DNA of 60,928 nucleotides, counting the filler, from Squatina squatina (Eukaryota): NCBI GenBank assembly GCA_031763465.1. It is 3 parts of 3 records of this genome, joined end to end, with 100 filler letters (N's around TTAATTAATTAA, not from the genome) between each part and the next. Parts side by side here need not be neighbours in the genome. Positions count along the whole stretch, not along the records: positions 18,439 to 39,077 come from JARFOE010000100.1; 2 more parts are not named here. One strand, given 5' to 3'. How positions within the stretch are numbered: position 1 is the first letter of the stretch; each line of letters begins with the position of its first letter. A model generated the notes under the pieces. The model was not told where the DNA came from. It did not search any database and saw nothing but the letters and a program-made list of their open reading frames with translations. The position numbers and the translations under genes were made by a program. Positions 21,870 through 35,668 of the stretch are shown here, one piece after another.

Positions 21870-22660
21870 ATTCATAGAATCAAAGAACCTTACAACCAAG
21901 TAGGAGGCCTTTCGGACCATCATGCCTGTCTAGCTTTTCCCTAAAGCCCTGCTATTGTTACCTTTTCAAGTATTTATCCAATTCCCTTTTGAAAGTTACT
22001 ACGGAATCTGCTCCCATCGCCCTTTCATGCAGTGCACTCTGGGTCATAACCCACTGCGTAAAAAAAGTTCTCCTCACTTCCCCTCTGGTCCTTTTGCCAA
22101 GTATCTTAAATCTATATCCTCCAGTTAGAGACCATTTTGTCAGTGAAAAGAGTTTCTCATTTGCTTTATCAAAACCCCTCATAATTGTGAACACCTATAA
22201 AATCTTCCCTTGACCTTCTCTGCTCCAAGGAGAACAATCCCAGCTTCTCAGTTCTCTCCATATAACTGAACGCCCTCATCCCTGATATAATTCTGGCAAA
22301 TCACCTCTGCAGCCTTCTCCAAGGCCTTAACGTCCTTCCTGTGTGTGGTGCTCAGCATTGGACACAATAATCTAGCTGAAGCCTAACCAGTGACTTAGAA
22401 AGGTTCAGTATAACTTCCTTGCTTTTGTACGCCAAGCCTCTATTAAAAAAGCAATGGATCACATATTCTTTTTTTAACTGCTTTATCAACTTGTCCTGAC
22501 TCCTTCAAAGATTTGCAAATATGCGAACCCCAGATCTCTCTGTTCCTGCACCCCCTTTAAAATTGTTCCATTTAGTGTGTGTTGCCTCTTGTCATTCTTC
22601 CTCCCAAAATGGATCACTTCACAATCACTGCATTAAATTTTCATCTGCCCATTGGTCCAT
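21870..22660 (-). mobile_element. CR1 3' portion
   Basis: MFTIMRGFDK..RRTFFTQWV..FKRELDKYLK, plus upstream YCVQC*APH and RLGLFSLEQRR remnants. Confidence 0.88.
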
Positions 22661-22870
22661 TGTGCTTGTGTCCGCTACCTGTTTTGTCTCTTTCCCCTGC
22701 AATTTCCTGATGTCCCACTTTACCCATATCCATTTTTAAAACTATTGGGGAGTCTACTTCCAAAACTGTTNNNNNNNNNNNNNNNNNNNNNNNNNNNNNN
22801 NNNNNNNNNNNNNNNNNNNNNNNNNNNNNNNNNNNNNNNNNNNNNNNNNNNNNNNNNNNNNNNNNNNNNN

Positions 22871-23035
22871 CTTGAGATGTTTCACGATGTTAAAGGTGCT
22901 ATATAAATACAATTTGTTGTTGTTTCCCTACATTAAAACAGTGACTACAGTTGAGAAGTACCTCATTGGCCGTGAAGCACTTTGGGATGTCCTGCGGCCA
23001 TGCAAGTTACTATATAAATGCAAGTCTATTATTTC
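22871..23035 (+). mobile_element. Two adjacent Deu-SINE/L2-type 3' tails
   Basis: aaaggtgctatataaatac and gtttcctacatt..gtgactaca..cactttgggatgtcctg..ctatataaatgcaag. Confidence 0.7.
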
Positions 23036-25684
23036 CTTCATTAAAAGTGCTTACATAGCATGAAATAACTTTGATAGCTTTAAATGTAATGCTGGCTGAG
23101 CTACTAATCTCAATAACTGTCCTTCACCTTTGAAGCCCAGATTTAAATCCATTTGGGGAAAGGAGATGAATGTCTCATCTCACTGACAGCTGTTAAGATT
23201 CCAAAAATTAAATGGAAGCTTCTGTGAGTCGTAGCCAAGTCTGCAATGACCTTCTGTCCACCTAATCTCCCAGTTGCAGGTCTTCAGAGAACTAATGGTT
23301 TGATATGTGACAATTCAGACGGAGCAAAACACACAAGACAAAATCTGATTAGCTGCAATCCTGGCTGGAGAAGGTGCAACAGCATAATGACAATTTAAAA
23401 TTAAAAAAAGATAGAAAATTAATTCCAATGTTTGAGAAAGCCACTAATCACCCTCAGTACCAACAAGAAAAATGGGTAATTATTCTGAGGAGATAAATTC
23501 ACGGAGTCAGCGAGTCAATGAAGATGTAAGGAAAGCTCACCAACAAATGATGTTATTCACCTGACTGATTTTTTTTTTCCTCCAGGAAATCAATANNNNN
23601 NNNNNNNNNNNNNNNNNNNNNNNNNNNNNNNNNNNNNNNNNNNNNNNNNNNNNNNNNNNNNNNNNNNNNNNNNNNNNNNNNNNNNNNNNNNNNNNACTGA
23701 TTTTTTTTTTCCTCCAGGGCGTCAATAGGGACTGTCTATCGACTCTATTTATTTAACCATAGCAATTTGTATGCTGACCATGCATAGGTCCTCTTTCAAC
23801 ACACTTCAATACGCGAAGATTATTATTTTTTCCCTGACCGTGTCTGTATGCTGACTCGTGAGATTGCATATCAAAGTTTCCTATATAACCAGCAGTGCTT
23901 TTTCACAGAGCTTTGCCAGCAACATTGTACTGTGAACCACATTTTCTGCAAATTATGGAATTGTTGAAAAGGTACTGAATGTAAAGATTTAGCCGAATAG
24001 CTACAATAAAAGGAAAGGTCACTGCAAAAGACACACTTTGAATGTAAAATACATGACTGGAAAAAATCATCACCATGCACCCAAATTCCAGAAAATTAAA
24101 TGCACCCCTTTTTTAAAAAATATAACCCTCAGTCACATCCATCACCAAATATCTATCTGGTCCCCTTTTAACTTTTAATTGTTACTGGCACAGTTTGGCT
24201 TCTACTCTTCCCTCCTCTCCTCTTATTTTGTCCAATTGTTTCTGATTACTTGCCATTGCTGTCCCAAATTTGGTATCATCTGAAAACTTGTCAGTTTTAT
24301 TTTAATCCTCAGTTCCATACAGCAGGGGCATATCGGCTTCCAGTGGGGGGTGGGGGGAGGGGTGCGTGGGTGGAAGGGGGTGTAAAAGTGGCAGTAACGG
24401 ATTGGCTGTCTGCTTTACATTTCCCTCAATTTAACTCTCCATTAATGGAAAAGAAAATCCAGCAGCCCATACAATGGGCAGCTCATCCACTACTGCCAGT
24501 TGTAAGGGAAAAACTTTGCTTTGTTTAAACATTTCTGTTGCTTGCTTGGTATTGTGTTATGGTGTAATCAGATCAATTACCTTGTGGAATGTATGTGCAC
24601 AGAGCTGCTAATGANNNNNNNNNNNNNNNNNNNNNNNNNNNNNNNNNNNNNNNNNNNNNNNNNNNNNNNNNNNNNNNNNNNNNNNNNNNNNNNNNNNNNN
24701 NNNNNNNNNNNNNNCTGCTATAATGAACGAATGATCTGCAATGCCAGTTTTACACCTGGGCAGAAAACTGAAAATCTACCCATTTGTTCACCCATCTTTT
24801 TACCTCTTCTATTTGTTCATTATTTCTGGCCACTGGGCTGCAGATCATAATTTTGGAGCCTTGGGACTGGGGAAGGTAGCTGTGTGGTGAGGAAAGGCAA
24901 AGAAAAAATGAAGTTGTCATAGTGGTATATCACTTCTCGGAAATGTCTCAAAGCACTTTAGAATGAGTTACAGTGACTGCTATGTAGACAGATGCAGAAG
25001 CCACTTTGTGCAGGAAGGATGTTTGCCGTTAGGTTTGTAGGGCAATATCAGCTTTCTCTCTGCCTACTTTCCCCTCCAGAACGAGTAGATGCTTCTGCAG
25101 CAGATCAAATTCAATGGCCCATTCACAAACCGATATAACTGGATTTAAGTACAGGCAATGGGAAGCCGAATTAAACTGACCTTTTATTAAGGAGCAACAT
25201 TCTCTCCATCCCCTACCCACCCTTCAGCCAGGCCTTCTGCACACACACCCTCCCTGCCCCCATTGAAATGTGCACTTTAAGCTGTTATCTTTATCTTCAT
25301 ATGCTGCACAAAACTACCACTGCGATGCATGGAATATCAAGTTGCGTCATTCTATGAATTAAAAAAATGCAATGAAGGAAAATAGTTTGCTACAGCAGGT
25401 AATACAATAGTAGTGTTATACAGTCTGGAATATTGTGCATAGATTTCTACTTCCAGCAGATTTCTATTACACCTAATTAGGGTATTGTGATTCATTCATT
25501 GTAATATATAACTATAATCAAGAAAGTGTTTGCAAAGACTGCAATTTAACTCGTAACTAATATGTTCAGCAATTAATAAGCTATTGAGTGTCATGTATAA
25601 TCAGTTTATCTATGATTTATGCAGAACTTTCGTTATGATAATATTAAATGTATTCATCATAAAACAAGTGAATTAACAATGTTG

Positions 25685-25827
25685 TAAACCTGAGGATTGG
25701 GAGCAAATTAGAAAGGAGGGCCAAGAGATTGATTAAGAGGAGGGAATATATAGTGTGAGAGTAAGGAACATTAAAGCGGACTGTGGAAGCTTTTACAAAT
25801 ATGTAAATAGATTAGTGAATACAAATG
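25685..25827 (+). mobile_element. CR1 ORF2 fragment
   Basis: Homologous to 10346-10490 (RNIKADCGSFYKYV). Confidence 0.7.
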
Positions 25828-25927
25828 NNNNNNNNNNNNNNNNNNNNNNNNNNNNNNNNNNNNNNNNNNNNNNNNNNNNNNNNNNNNNNNNNNNNNNNNN
25901 NNNNNNNNNNNNNNNNNNNNNNNNNNN

Positions 25928-26230
25928 AACTATCTGATAATAACCAGGTAATCTGTTTTTTTAGTTGTATTGATTCAGGGATAAACATTGGGTAGGACAC
26001 CAGCTCTCTTCATAAAATGCCATGGGATCTTTTACATCCACCCGGGAGGGCAGACGGGGCCTCGCTCTAACGTCTCATCCAAAAGACAGCACCTGCAACA
26101 GTGCAGTACACCCTCAGCACTGCACTGGAGTGTCAGCCTAGATTTTTGTACTCAAGTCCTGAGAGTGGGACCTGAACTCACAACCTTCTGACTCAGAGAC
26201 GAGAGTGCAGCCCACTAAGCCACAGCTGAC
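25928..26230 (-). mobile_element. Deu-domain SINE 5' part with tRNA-derived head
   Basis: Minus strand gtcagctgtggcttagtgg (A box)..gtgagttcaggtcc (B box)..ggatgagacgttagagcgaggcccc. Confidence 0.85.
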
Positions 26231-26237
26231 ATTGCAA

Positions 26238-26370
26238 TGTTTATTTAATTAACTGAATTTAAATTTCATAGCTGCTATGGTGGTGGGATTTGAACTCATA
26301 TCTCTGGATCAACAGTCTAAGCCTCTGGGATTAATACTCCTGCAACTTAACCACTACACTACCAAGTCCC
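26238..26370. repeat. Unclassified SINE-like repeat (copies at 35437-35570 and 30330-30392)
   Basis: tttatttaattaactgaatttaaatt..gggatttgaactc..taaccactacactaccaagtcccc is shared between copies. Confidence 0.75.
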
Positions 26371-27465
26371 CAAATTACCTTCCTTCGCTGATCATTCTCT
26401 GCCAATAACAGCAGCACCTGTACAAGTGCAGTACACAGCAGCGTGCTTTGAACTAATTGATGAAAGCTCCAAACAGTCCTCTTTACTAAGACTTTGTGGA
26501 ATTAAGAAGTCAGGACTCCTGCAAATAACTGTCCATCATGTTCAAGGACAACATTTGTTCAGTTTAAGCCTAATGATTTGCAAATCCAAAAATTAAACTC
26601 ACAGTTGTACCTCGCAAGTGTATTGACAACCTGTCAAAGTCAAGACTGAATGTTGTTGAAATTGATCACTCTTTACTGCAGGTATTAATGGTGTTATTCT
26701 TACAGTGAAACATCCATATGGATGATGAAAGGCATCCATTGGAATTTGTAGGATAAATTAGTTATAAGAGTGGAAGTCAATATCCATTTGCTTGATGTGT
26801 AAAGGCTAACCTGGAGCATAGATTTACAGATTGTTGCAATTAAAAGAGAAAATGCTGGAAATACACATCATTTGTGGAGAAAAGACAGGTTATGATGTTC
26901 CGGGTGTGTGCCCTGAAGTTTGTTTGAATTTCAGATTTATCTCAGACTTTTCTTTTTTAGTTTCAGGTCACTGTGTAATTCCACAACAGTTGACTGCGCG
27001 CAGTGTCTTAATGTTGAAATCAAATGTGCCGCGAACCTTGATTTTAAGTTTGGTTATCTCTTTTCCTGTGGTATATTAATAACACAATACTCTCTCTTTG
27101 GTTTAAGGGTGTTGGTGCAGTGCAATGTGTAATACAACTTCAGGCCTGATAAGCCACATAAGGGAGTGCATTTTCAACTTGCTGCCCAGTCGTAAAACTG
27201 TTGTGGATCGAACGCTCATTCTAGAACCTGCCCGGCTCTCATTTCCATTATGGTTACAATGGCCAAAATTTTCAGAGGTAAGATCAGATGGGTTTGAGGC
27301 GTGAGGGGAAGTTGAAGTTGAACCCTGACCTCCAACCCGCCCTCTTTCACCTTTAATTCAGGAGGNNNNNNNNNNNNNNNNNNNNNNNNNNNNNNNNNNN
27401 NNNNNNNNNNNNNNNNNNNNNNNNNNNNNNNNNNNNNNNNNNNNNNNNNNNNNNNNNNNNNNNNN

Positions 27466-28070
27466 CAGGACATACCTGGGCAATTTTCCATATTGTCGGA
27501 TAGATGCCAGTGTTGTAGCTGTACCAGAACAGCTTGGCTGGAGGTGCAGCTAGTTATGGAGCACAAGTCTTCAGGACGATAGCTGGGGTGTTGTCGGGGC
27601 CAATTGCCTTTGCTGTATCGAGTGTGCTCAGCCATTTCTTGATATCACATGGAGTGAATTGAATTGGCTGGAGACTGGCTTCTGTGAAGATGGGGACCTC
27701 AGGAGGAGACCAATATGGATCATCCACTCGGCACTTCTGGCTGTAGATGCTTCAGCCTTGTCTTTTGCACTCACATTGAGGATGGGGATATTAATGGAGC
27801 CTATTCCTCCTGTTATTGTTTAATTGTCCACCACCAGTCATGACTGGATGCGGTAGGACGGCAGCGCTTAGATCTGATCCGTTTATTGTGGGATCACTTA
27901 GCCCCTGTCTATAGCATGCTGCTTCTGCTTTTTAGCATGCATGTAGTCCTGTGTTGCAGCTTCCCCAGTTTGGCACCTCATTTTTAGGTACGCCTGGTGC
28001 TGCTGCTGGCATGCTCTTCTACATTCCTTGTTGAACCAGAGTTGGTCCCCCTGGCTTGATGGTAATGGAA
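27466..28070 (-). mobile_element. CR1/L2-group LINE ORF2 fragment
   Basis: Minus strand KKWLSTLDTAKAIGPDNTPAIVLKTCAP*LAAP.AKLF..SYNTGIYPTIWKIAQVCP. Confidence 0.85.
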
Positions 28071-28219
28071 GACGTCATTAGCAATCACGATTTAAATGTT
28101 TTAAAAATCTGGAAAAACACAGACCCATAGACATAGTAGAATGCTACCATCGATTATGATCCTCTTTAAAAGTTTTCTGAATTTTGTAAAAGGGACACTC
28201 AAGGAGGACCCCACTGTCA

Positions 28220-28507
<288 letters not shown>

Positions 28508-31254
28508 TTAAAATCAATTAGCTGCACAATATGCTTCTGCTATTTGCAAGTGCAGCAGAGAATTTTAACAAAGCTTTCAGCGAGCTAGAAGGTTGTCAAG
28601 CTGAAATCGCTGACATATTGAGGATGAAAGATCTGTGCAATTCATTCGATTAAGAGCACGTAAAATGCTCTCTTACTTACTAAAGCAATTTGTGTATGTA
28701 TTTATTTACTAATTTTTACTGTTTTTTGATGATTATTTTCAACCCCTCTTTCGGTTCCGCCTTCCTACACTACACACAAGTGCAAATGAGAAGATCGGTG
28801 AGTGGCCTGCTTGTTGTCCTCTGCAACCAGCCAACATGAGGTGAATGAGAATGAAGCAAATTAATTCACCCTCCCTTAGCTCCCTCACTGAAGTGCCATG
28901 TCTTGAACCAGTTCCTCCTCTTAAACAGCTGAACTGGGGTAGAGAACCCACCACATGAGGTGTGGAAGTTAGCCTTTGCAAATCTACAGCAGAACACAGC
29001 AATAGAATAATGGCCCGGAATTTACAGTCAATGGCAAAGTGACAGCGATCGCCGCTGACCTCAAAGAATGCTGCCCAAAAAGATCCAGAGAACTCTGTGG
29101 CACCAATTTCCACTCTGCAGACCTTAGTTCGAATCTGGGACAAAATCAAGCCAATCACCAGCGTCGAACAACAGTGATGAGAAGAATTCTCACAAAGAGC
29201 AAACCAGGAAGTTAAATGCAGAGATTATAATTTACTTTTAATCAATTTTTCAGAGAGCAAAATAAAGATTGGGACATACACATGGGGTTAAGTTGGAAGC
29301 TGAATGTCATAAACAAATATTTTAAAAACTATTATATTAAAAACTTGTAATTCTTAATCATATTGATGGAAAACATTGACGTTTCACAAATATAAAATTA
29401 GTTTTCAGGGCCAGAACAGTTGTTCAGCAGGCAGTACACCGTTAAAAAACCCAGTTACACCTCTTTCAACAAGACTTAGGGGGCCCAATTGGATAACGCC
29501 ACATTGGTAGCGCTAACAGGCGAATTAGTAGGTATTTAGNNNNNNNNNNNNNNNNNNNNNNNNNNNNNNNNNNNNNNNNNNNNNNNNNNNNNNNNNNNNN
29601 NNNNNNNNNNNNNNNNNNNNNNNNNNNNNNNNNNNNNNNGAGAGACCTCGCACCTCATTCAATAACCTCATTCAACTTATGGTTTGGATCCAACAATCAA
29701 CATTTAGGACCCTGTGAATCTGAAGACAAAATCTTCCCAATGCACAATTTGTATATCTGATCCAAATCTTTCTTCACCAGTCAGAATAAATAAGACTCAG
29801 TACAATAGGCTCAGATTCTGTTTCATTAAATCTAATCAATTCTAATATATCGCTAAAATGTTCAGATTTTAGAACCTTCAGCCATCACATCCCACTCCTT
29901 TATTAAGATTGCAGTGCCTGCCAGAGATTTTGTTGTGTGTTCATAACCCATTAATGATTAATAATCTCCTAATCAGTCCACCATTATATTTGGTTAGAAG
30001 AGAATGTCGGCCTCTTGAGNNNNNNNNNNCTGCAGTTATATTTTAATTGAATGATAGAAAAAGTGAAAGCAATAGGCAGCTCATGAATTAAAAATGTAAA
30101 GTGAATTTTAATACGAAACCGTACAGTTGTCAAAATCCTATGTCCGGAATTTTCAGGCTGCCGTGCATGTGGGATTGGAGGCAGGTCAGGAGTAAAATTT
30201 GCAATAAATGGGAGGGCGCCAGGACCCCATGTCTTTCAGCAGATATTTGCAGCACCTCGCAGTCAATGGCCCACAGTGCATCACACAGGTCACTGATGCC
30301 CTGTTTGACAAGTCAGCCAATTATCTGCAGTGGGATTTGAACTCACAACTCAGATTATTAGTCCAGTGACGTAACCACTATGCTACCGCACCNNNNNNNN
30401 NNNNNNNNNNNNNNNNNNNNNNNNNNNNNNNNNNNNNNNNNNNNNNNNNNNNNNNNNNNNNNNNNNNNNNNNNNNNNNNNNNNNNNNNNNNNTGTGTGTG
30501 TGTATTTATGTTTTCCCTCCCCCTTTCCTTTGTTCTGTTCCTTCTTAAATGCTGTTCATCTGTTACATCCTCCACACTTGAAGCATTTACTCGTCTGTTC
30601 CAGACACTGCCTGACCCTCAGTGTTTCCAACATTTTCTGTCTTTCTTATCAATTGTATAGGTAGTTTTAACTTTGTGTCACTGTAATGCATGATTTTTTA
30701 GTTTGCTTTTTTGTGAATTTGCATCCTATTGAGCTACTTAAAAATCATTAGATGATAATAAGAGAAAGGAATCGAAAATCCCTGAGTGCGAGAAGGTTAA
30801 TAAAAAAAATTTCCATCACAATAATCCATCTTCACAAATTGTCTCGACTAATAGCAATATAGCCGAGAAATTACAGTTTGTCTGTGTTAAAATAGCAGAG
30901 TCAGAAATGTCATCTGAATGCATTAAGTGTCCATACTCTTAATACTGGAAACCGTCATTTCTAGTCTTATATTCATCACTCATCTAAATGGTTCAGGATA
31001 GCTGTTAACAATGAAGCAATCACATTTATCATTCCTGTTGTGTCAGACAAATTTCTAATATCGTGCAAGTTGATGAAACGAATGAAGGACGGAAATAGAA
31101 CTCAAAACTGAATGAAATGAAAGGGAGTGAATCTACAGAGATGAAAAGCATGTCAGAGCAACAATAAAAAAAGGTGAAATAGACAGACGAGAAGGAAAAT
31201 GTTTCAAATTCTGCAAACCCAATAAGACAGTCACAGATAATTGCATTCTTTTTA

Positions 31255-31517
31255 TAAAAGTAAGATAAAAACCAAGGTAATAAACTGGGGAAAAAAAGCT
31301 GATTTTAAGGAGGTGAGAATGGAACAAGGGAAAATAAACTGGAAACATTTACTGGCAGACAAAGAAATAGAACAGCATTGGGAAACATTTAAAACGGTGA
31401 TCAATGGAGTCCAGGAGAAATATATCCCACTGAAAAGCAAGAACAAATGAGCCAGAATGACACACCATGGATGAATAAAGAAATAAGGCAAAATTGAAAC
31501 TGAAGAAAAAGATATAC
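31255..31517 (+). mobile_element. CR1 ORF2 fragment (post-endonuclease linker)
   Basis: NWGKKADFKEVR..INWKHLL..QHWETFKTVI..QEKYIP..TPWMNKEIR. Confidence 0.8.
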
Positions 31518-33007
31518 NNNNNNNNNNNNNNNNNNNNNNNNNNNNNNNNNNNNNNNNNNNNNNNNNNNNNNNNNNNNNNNNNNNNNNNNNNNNNNNNNNN
31601 NNNNNNNNNNNNNNNNNCCATCTGACCAGTCCTAAAAGGTAGATAAACACATTGACTTCACTGTGTAAAAATTCTTTGATTGTTTTATGCAGTGACGTGG
31701 CAAAGATGTTTTGTCAAGATTTCCACCAATTGGTATTTCTACTAAAATCATAGACACATTCTAAAAGACTGCAATACAATTTTGCTGCAGTTCTTCAGGA
31801 GAGGAGATCTTCAAGAGCAAATTTGTGATGTCAGTACACATAGCAACCAGGATGACTTTTTATTGCCCTATCATCAGGATCACATGATCTCATCAAGGTA
31901 GTTTGCTCTATCAAGCTGAACTGTCTTTAATTGACAATTAAAGACATATCTCAGCCAATCAGCTTTTCAAATGAACTGTGACTGCATCTCTTAAAAGAAA
32001 TGCCAAGAATCAGTAACAGGAGGCAATAATGCACCTGATAAAATGTGATTTTTTTTTAGTTCTACTTTCTCCTTTAACTTATTTATCTGTCAGCAGATTT
32101 GTTTCCCATAAGAAGGTTTTATCTCGCTGCCTTTGACTGAGAAGGGTTCCTTCTGTTTGGGATTGCTGGAGAAATTCAATGATCTAAATTAATATTTTCT
32201 CTATAAAAATGAGCTATATGGTCTGGTAACAGCAACCTTTTAGTCAACCAGATCTTGAGAATGGCTATGATTAATACTTGGACTATTTCAAGGCATTGAT
32301 GAAAAGCACTCAACTGCTGTACAGTGTTACAGAGAAGTGTCTTTGAATCCAACGCCATTTTCAGCAAAACCCCTGACATGCTCTGNNNNNNNNNNCTCTG
32401 ACATACAGTATATACATTTAATACACTATACAACAGTCTGTTGTTGCAATCAATTTGCAATCCTATCGACATGATTTAGCACTACAACCTAAAAGGCATT
32501 AAAAAAGCCTTGTCAGTATTGCTTCACATGGCACCAAACATGATTTGCCTTACTACTGTAGCACTATCTGGCCATAAAATTGAGCAAAACACCATCATGC
32601 TGTCCTTCAAAATAGGCCTGACAAAAATGATGAATCGCATAAACCCTATTGACCTTCCTTAGTTCCTTTCTTTTATTGAATGCCATCTAGTTAGATGATG
32701 CGTGAAGATATTGCTCGTAGCAGGGCACTCATGATTTATGGCCTGAGCTTTCTCTAATACTCTCTGTAACAACCTTTACAAGCATCCCATTGTCCATTAT
32801 TAAGCTCCCATTTAACAACAAAGCAAAGGGTTCACAGCAGTAAATGTCCAGGTGTCTGTCTTCCAAATATTGGTATTGTTTGATGGGCTGCCCATAAGTT
32901 TCAGGTTTTTTCAGATGGAGGGGGAAATGCAGCTAATTGACAATTGGTCAGTTAAAGAGGCTATGCCACTGGACAAAAAGCATGAAAGTAATAGCCATTG
33001 GTACTTT

Positions 33008-33170
33008 CAGAGGCCTCTCTCTCTTCCGCGGCTATGTCCGTGCCCGGGTGTCCCTGGAGAGGGAGCACACGGTGTCTGCCGGTAGGCTTGAGGCCTTCCA
33101 CCACCTGTGGTCACCGGAGGGACTGGAGTACGTAGTCAACACAAAGAACAAAATTATGCTTTAGTTAGAT
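33008..33170 (+). mobile_element. L1/Tx1-type LINE extreme 3' end
   Basis: LSLFRGYVRARVSLEREHTVSAGRLEAFHHLWSPEGLEYVV..NKIML* resembles the ORF2 C-terminus of fish Tx1-like elements. Confidence 0.6.
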
Positions 33171-33954
33171 AAATTTCCTTTTGGTCTACTTATAATTTGG
33201 GGTCTGTGTCTCTTTTAAAATGTTGTTCGTTTGATTTCTATTGATGACACCTGCAACATCCCAATTAGCATTTTATAAGAGTGAGAACATTCAGAGGTAA
33301 ATGTTGAAAATTTAACATCCTAACCTATCAAGATTATGAAGGGGATTGGCACAATTGATCCAAGAAAATGGTCCATTATNNNNNNNNNNNNNNNNNNNNN
33401 NNNNNNNNNNNNNNNNNNNNNNNNNNNNNNNNNNNNNNNNNNNNNNNNNNNNNNNNNNNNNNNNNNNNNNNNNNNNNNNTAGCTTTAGAATCTAGAAGCG
33501 GCAATCATCTTCATTGGTCTCTATGCTCTCTTTCATGAAATTACTCTGTATGAATATTTACATATGAATGCCTAATACATTCATATGGTATTCCTTTTAC
33601 ACTATTCTAACTATTTAAATGATTAATGGCTCTGTTAAGATTGCAGATAAAGCAATTTCATCTGTTAATATTCGCACAGCGTAATTTTAAGGCCAGTATC
33701 ATTTTGAAAGTGCAATGACCACAACTGAACACAATGCTAAATGTGTGGCATCATCGACTCTTCATTAATTATTAATATCATTTCCTTGCAGTTATATCGA
33801 TTTATGCTCTCAAAACTTAGTTACCTTTGAAACTGTTGTTGCCCACTGCGACACATTACATTTTTGGTCAAATATTACACTTGTATCGTTTTTTTTTGAC
33901 ACATCTTACTTAAGAACATATGTTCCATTTTGTAATTTTATTTGATATTTTAAA

Positions 33955-34209
33955 AGAAAGAATGACTTGCATTCATATAGCGCCTTTCACAATGTCTCAT
34001 AGCACTTTACAGTCAATTAAGTACTTTTGGAGTGTTATCACTGTTGTAATGTAGGAAACGCGGCAGCCAATTTGTGCACAGCAAGCTCCCACAAACAGCA
34101 ATATGATATTAACCAGATAATCTGTTTTTTTGTGATGTTGATTGAGGGAGAAATTATTGGTCCCTGGACACCGGTGAGAACTCCCCTGCTCCTCTTTGAA
34201 ATAGTGCCG
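33955..34209 (-). mobile_element. Deu-domain SINE
   Basis: acttgcattcatatagcgcctttcac..ggaaacgcggcagccaatttgtgcacagcaagctcccacaaacagcaa. Confidence 0.85.
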
Positions 34210-34309
34210 NNNNNNNNNNNNNNNNNNNNNNNNNNNNNNNNNNNNNNNNNNNNNNNNNNNNNNNNNNNNNNNNNNNNNNNNNNNNNNNNNNNNNNNNNNN
34301 NNNNNNNNN

Positions 34310-34665
34310 AACACCCTGTGGTAGCGAGTTCCACATTGTCACCACTCCCTGGGTAAAGAAGTTTCTTCTGAATTCCCTATTTGATTTCTTGGTGACTATC
34401 TTATATTGAAGGCCTCTAGTTTTGCTCTTCCCCACAAGTGCAAACACACTTTCTCTCTCTCTCTCCGTCTACTCAATCAAAACTTTTCATAATATTAAAG
34501 AACTCCATTCGTTCTCCCTTCAGCCTTCTCTTTTCAAGAGAAAAGAGACCCAGCCTGTTCATCCTTTCTTGATTGGTATAACCTCGCAGCTCTGGTAGCA
34601 TACTTGTAAATCTTTTTTTGTGTCCTCTCCAATGCCTCTATATCCTTTTAATAATATGGTGACCT
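34310..34665 (-). mobile_element. CR1 3' fragment
   Basis: MFALVGKSKTRGLQYKIVTKKSNREFRRNFFTQGVVTMWNSLPQGV. Confidence 0.88.
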
Positions 34666-35436
34666 TATTATTTATTATAAGACTCCAAAAGTCCTCCATC
34701 TTATTGTGCTAGGTTGTCACTATACAGGCCTCCATGGAACATTGAAGGATTACCTTGGAACATTGTTTTGTGGCTCAGTGGCTCAGTGACCCATTCCAAC
34801 CTCAGCATAATCTTGTTGAGGGTCCTTCCACTGAAAATTCACCCACTGCAAGCATTTCCTTTGCATGTTCAAGAGGCCAGCCTTAAAAGCGACAGATGAA
34901 ACGTGTATTATAGTTTCCATTGCTCTCATTTTCCATAACTCTCTTTTAACTCATTTTCAATTGAAATCTTTTGATAATTTAACACTAAAGTTGACCTTCA
35001 TTTTAGATTGAAAAATTCGAATGCTCTTTTGAATTATTTTCACAGTTAAATGAGAAAGAAGATTGCGTTACGTTGATTTTTTTTTAATTCAGCTGTTCAT
35101 AATTCAAAGTCACAGTTGGCTCTTATTTTAATAATAGTTCATTGTTGATAATAGGACAATTCATTCTTCATTCAGAGCTTCCAAATTCAAAATACTCTAT
35201 TCAGCTACATATGTAAATGAACGTTTTGTTTCCGACAGTAATTGCTACTCCCATTTTTACAGCAATCCTCCCACTCAATGATACGATCTTTCCTACAGAT
35301 TATACTTTTCGCAGATTNNNNNNNNNNNNNNNNNNNNNNNNNNNNNNNNNNNNNNNNNNNNNNNNNNNNNNNNNNNNNNNNNNNNNNNNNNNNNNNNNNN
35401 NNNNNNNNNNNNNNNNNCACTAGCTTCTTTACTACA

Positions 35437-35668
35437 GATTTTTATTTAATTAACTGAATTTAAATTCCATGGCTGCTGTGGCAGGATTTGAACTCTCATC
35501 ACTGAGATCAATAGTCCAAGTCTCTGGATTACTAATCCCACAATTTAACCACTACACTACCAAGTCCCCGGTTGCAACAGTGACTACACTTTAAAAATGT
35601 ATTTCATTGGCTGCAAGACACTTTGGCATGTCCTGAGGTCATGAAAGGTAATGCATAAATGAAAGTCT
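35437..35668. repeat. SINE-like repeat followed by a Deu-SINE 3' tail
   Basis: Matches 26238-26370, then acagtgactacactt..tttggcatgtcctgaggtcatgaaagg. Confidence 0.7.

Noticed and set aside
23563-23718. actgat(T)ncctccagg present on both sides of a gap
   Set aside because: A ~23-nt low-complexity match at contig ends; probably an assembly overlap or chance.
26150-26230. tRNA-like A and B boxes
   Set aside because: They are the head of a SINE and run directly into the Deu domain; not a tRNA gene.
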